Assembly (NCBI GenBank): GCA_964252035.1
Contig: OZ176207.1
Length of the DNA: 64,000 bases
DNA from: Podarcis erhardii
Lineage: Eukaryota
Strand: one strand, 5' to 3'
The notes beneath the pieces are model-generated. The model was not told the origin of the DNA. It did not search any database and was given only the letters and a program-made list of their open reading frames with translations. Position numbers and translations under genes: made by a program. Position 1 is the stretch's first letter. Each line of letters opens with the position of its first letter. This document shows, in pieces, positions 61,681-64,000 of the stretch.

Positions 61681-62454
61681 ATACTAGCTTCATTGCTTCA
61701 TTATAGGATAGAAGTCGTATTCCCATTTGAACACTTTTCACTCTAGCTCTGCCCATCGTTGACTCTGGCTCCTGTGACTCCTGGCATGCAGCCTATGACA
61801 GATTACATTTGAGGGCATGTGACCCTCATCATAGAAAAGGAAGATTATTCATTGATGGATTATAAGTTTATTAATGTCTGCTTCGGGTTTTTGCTAGTAA
61901 GATGGTTTCATAAAAGTGAGTCAAAGTGAGTCTTGTGTGTTCATTTGCTCTTCTAAGAATTAATTTGTACATATTGCTTTATTAGACTAGATTTGCTTTG
62001 GAAAATTACCATACTTGTTTTCTTTTTCCTTGATATTGATCTTTCCTCTCAAAGTTTTTCACTATGATGCTTAAACAGATGAACAGTTCTTCAGACTTAC
62101 CAAACTTGGTTGCTGAATATATTACATTTGCACCCTACCTTTTCTCAGCATATATGAGGAGATTGTGTGAAGAGCTTTAAATTAGAATCTAACCCAATCA
62201 AACAATAAGTAAACACAATGTAGAGAATCTGCTACAGATTCTGGATCAATGTGGATGTGCATTCTACCACATATTTTATATCATACATCTGCCTTTATGG
62301 AGTAGTGCAATTCTTCTTTTTGTATGGAAGAGCTAATATCAAGCTCTTCCAGAGTAAAGCTACTAGCTCCAGGGTCATCTGTGCATGGTTTTCATCTAGA
62401 ATGGAGATGTGGTTCTTGAGGCAGCAAATAAAGGATGGCTTCTCTGTCTTTCAG

Positions 62455-62605
62455 GTTCTGGGAAGAAGGGAAAATCCTTATCTTTGATGACTCTTTTGAA
62501 CATGAAGTGTGGCAGGATGCTGATGCTTATCGCCTGATATTCATTGTGGATGTTTGGCATCCAGAGTTAACATCGCAACAGAGGCACTCCCTTCCAGCCA
62601 TTTGA
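62455..62605 (+). CDS. ASPH: ASPH last coding exon (R)FWEEGKILIFDDSFEHEVWQDADAYRLIFIVDVWHPELTSQQRHSLPAI*
   Basis: ctttcag acceptor, phase-2 join. Carries DDSFEHEV (second Fe His) and the 2OG-binding Arg. TGA at 62603-62605. Confidence 0.97.
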
Positions 62606-63923
62606 AGGATGCTTGAGGCTTTCCCTGTTGAGGTCTACATTTTATGTTTGGAAGTGCTGGTCTCATTAAAAAAGAAAGAAACCTGAATTGTATGTATGAA
62701 GTAATCTGGGCATGGACTTTAAAGCATCCTATTCTGTGCTTTATAAGGCACTGATCTGATAGCTCTGTATTCATGCTGCAAGTACAGATTCCTATTCTTT
62801 TGTCAGCCAAAGAATATCCTGTGCCATATATCAAAATAAGACTTATGCCAATATTTGTTATGCCAGCATTATGCTTACCACTGCTAAGCATACACTTGGT
62901 GTACTAGTCACGTAACTACTAATGCTTGTGTGTAAACATAAAGGACATCAGTGCTTCTATATCCTTCTAAGGACACTCATAACGTGTTACTTGCAAGCAT
63001 TTTGGAAATTTGTCATACTAGAATGTGTAGAAATGAATTTAGATTTAAGTGAATGAACTGATAGTGTGAGTTGTAGATAATGTGAGTGGATGATTTGGTA
63101 TTGTATTTTTTAAAAGATCATAGTATTTTTGTATCGTATATGGATACCATTTTCCTGCTCTTTATGAACCACTTTCCTTTTGTAATTTTCTTTTGTAATA
63201 ATGGCAATCCATGTTAATTTTGCAGAGATGACGCCTTATGGAGCTGCTCTTCATTTTATTGAGTTCGGCCTTTGCCTTCCAAGTGAGAAGGCACAATATG
63301 CATTTGCCTTGTTCAGTTTCTGCTGAGCAGTACTTATAACCCAGCTCTGATATGTCTGTGTCTTCCTCATAAAAAAGGTCTGGTGGCCCTTTCCAATACA
63401 GCAAAAAAAATTTCACTTAAATGGGAAGCACATTTTCTTATTAAGGGACTGTGCAGGCTGTGAGGAGGATCACATTTGGAACCAATTTGCTTCCAGTCTA
63501 TTGTTATGGCATTTCTATTCACAAGTGTGGCCAGTTTCATATCGTACAGTGGCGTATGTGGTAGAGGAAGCATTCAGTTTGGATACAGGTATCGTTACTT
63601 GAAGTGACACCCACATGGTTGTTTCAATCCACCTGAGCGGGGGGAGTGGGGGCTGACCTCGCTTTCATATTCGCTTCTCAGTTTTGCCTTTGAATTAGTG
63701 AAGTGTGGTGCACAGGATCAGCACCAAAGCAGCTTTGGTTAGACTTTTTACAATTATGACCAACAACAAGGCAGTTCATACTCTCTGACCAAAATATACA
63801 TTACAATTTTAATTTTATGAGCAGAAACGTGCCAATGTATACATGTGCTGGGTTTTATAGTGCTATGCTTTTGAAATTATAGAAGCTGAAGTTCTGAGAT
63901 GTTACCTAAACTGATGACATGAA

Positions 63924-63929
63924 AATAAA
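63924..63929 (+). terminator. Candidate polyadenylation signal of full-length ASPH
   Basis: AATAAA about 1.3 kb after the stop, followed by T-rich sequence. Confidence 0.45.
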
Positions 63930-64000
63930 TATTTGCTACGGCCATGACGGAGTAATATTTTCAAATAGAATGGTCAGTATTTTGTACAGATTGAATCCAG

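Overview
Vertebrate genomic DNA, most likely a lacertid lizard (inferred from the Sauria-type SINE and squamate L2/CR1/Penelope repeats). The window holds the 3' part of ASPH (aspartyl/asparaginyl beta-hydroxylase; junctin/junctate locus) on the + strand. It has about 14 symmetric phase-1 exons for the acidic luminal region, most under 60 nt (351-28779), a junctate/humbug-type alternative terminal exon (24092), and 11 TPR/catalytic exons ending at TGA 62603-62605. Introns carry L2, CR1 and L1 fragments, SINEs, Tigger-like MITEs, Penelope pLTR remnants with hammerhead motifs, and an inverted U2-snRNA/LINE chimera. The last intron has a young chromodomain Gypsy (Tf1/sushi-like) element on the - strand (53478-59816). 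Its two 409-bp LTRs read as identical, it has a 5-bp TSD, and a foreign solo LTR is nested in its gag/pol junction. A third solo LTR lies at 49815-50317. Top finding: all three different LTRs carry a long U3 reading frame ending in a shared RR-x5-E-x-R...W peptide, conserved mostly through synonymous codons, suggesting an accessory ORF in the LTRs of these elements. The full element also shows a Tf1-like self-priming PBS and a -1 frameshift pseudoknot. All calls were made by eye; family names and human comparisons are from recall, not database searches.
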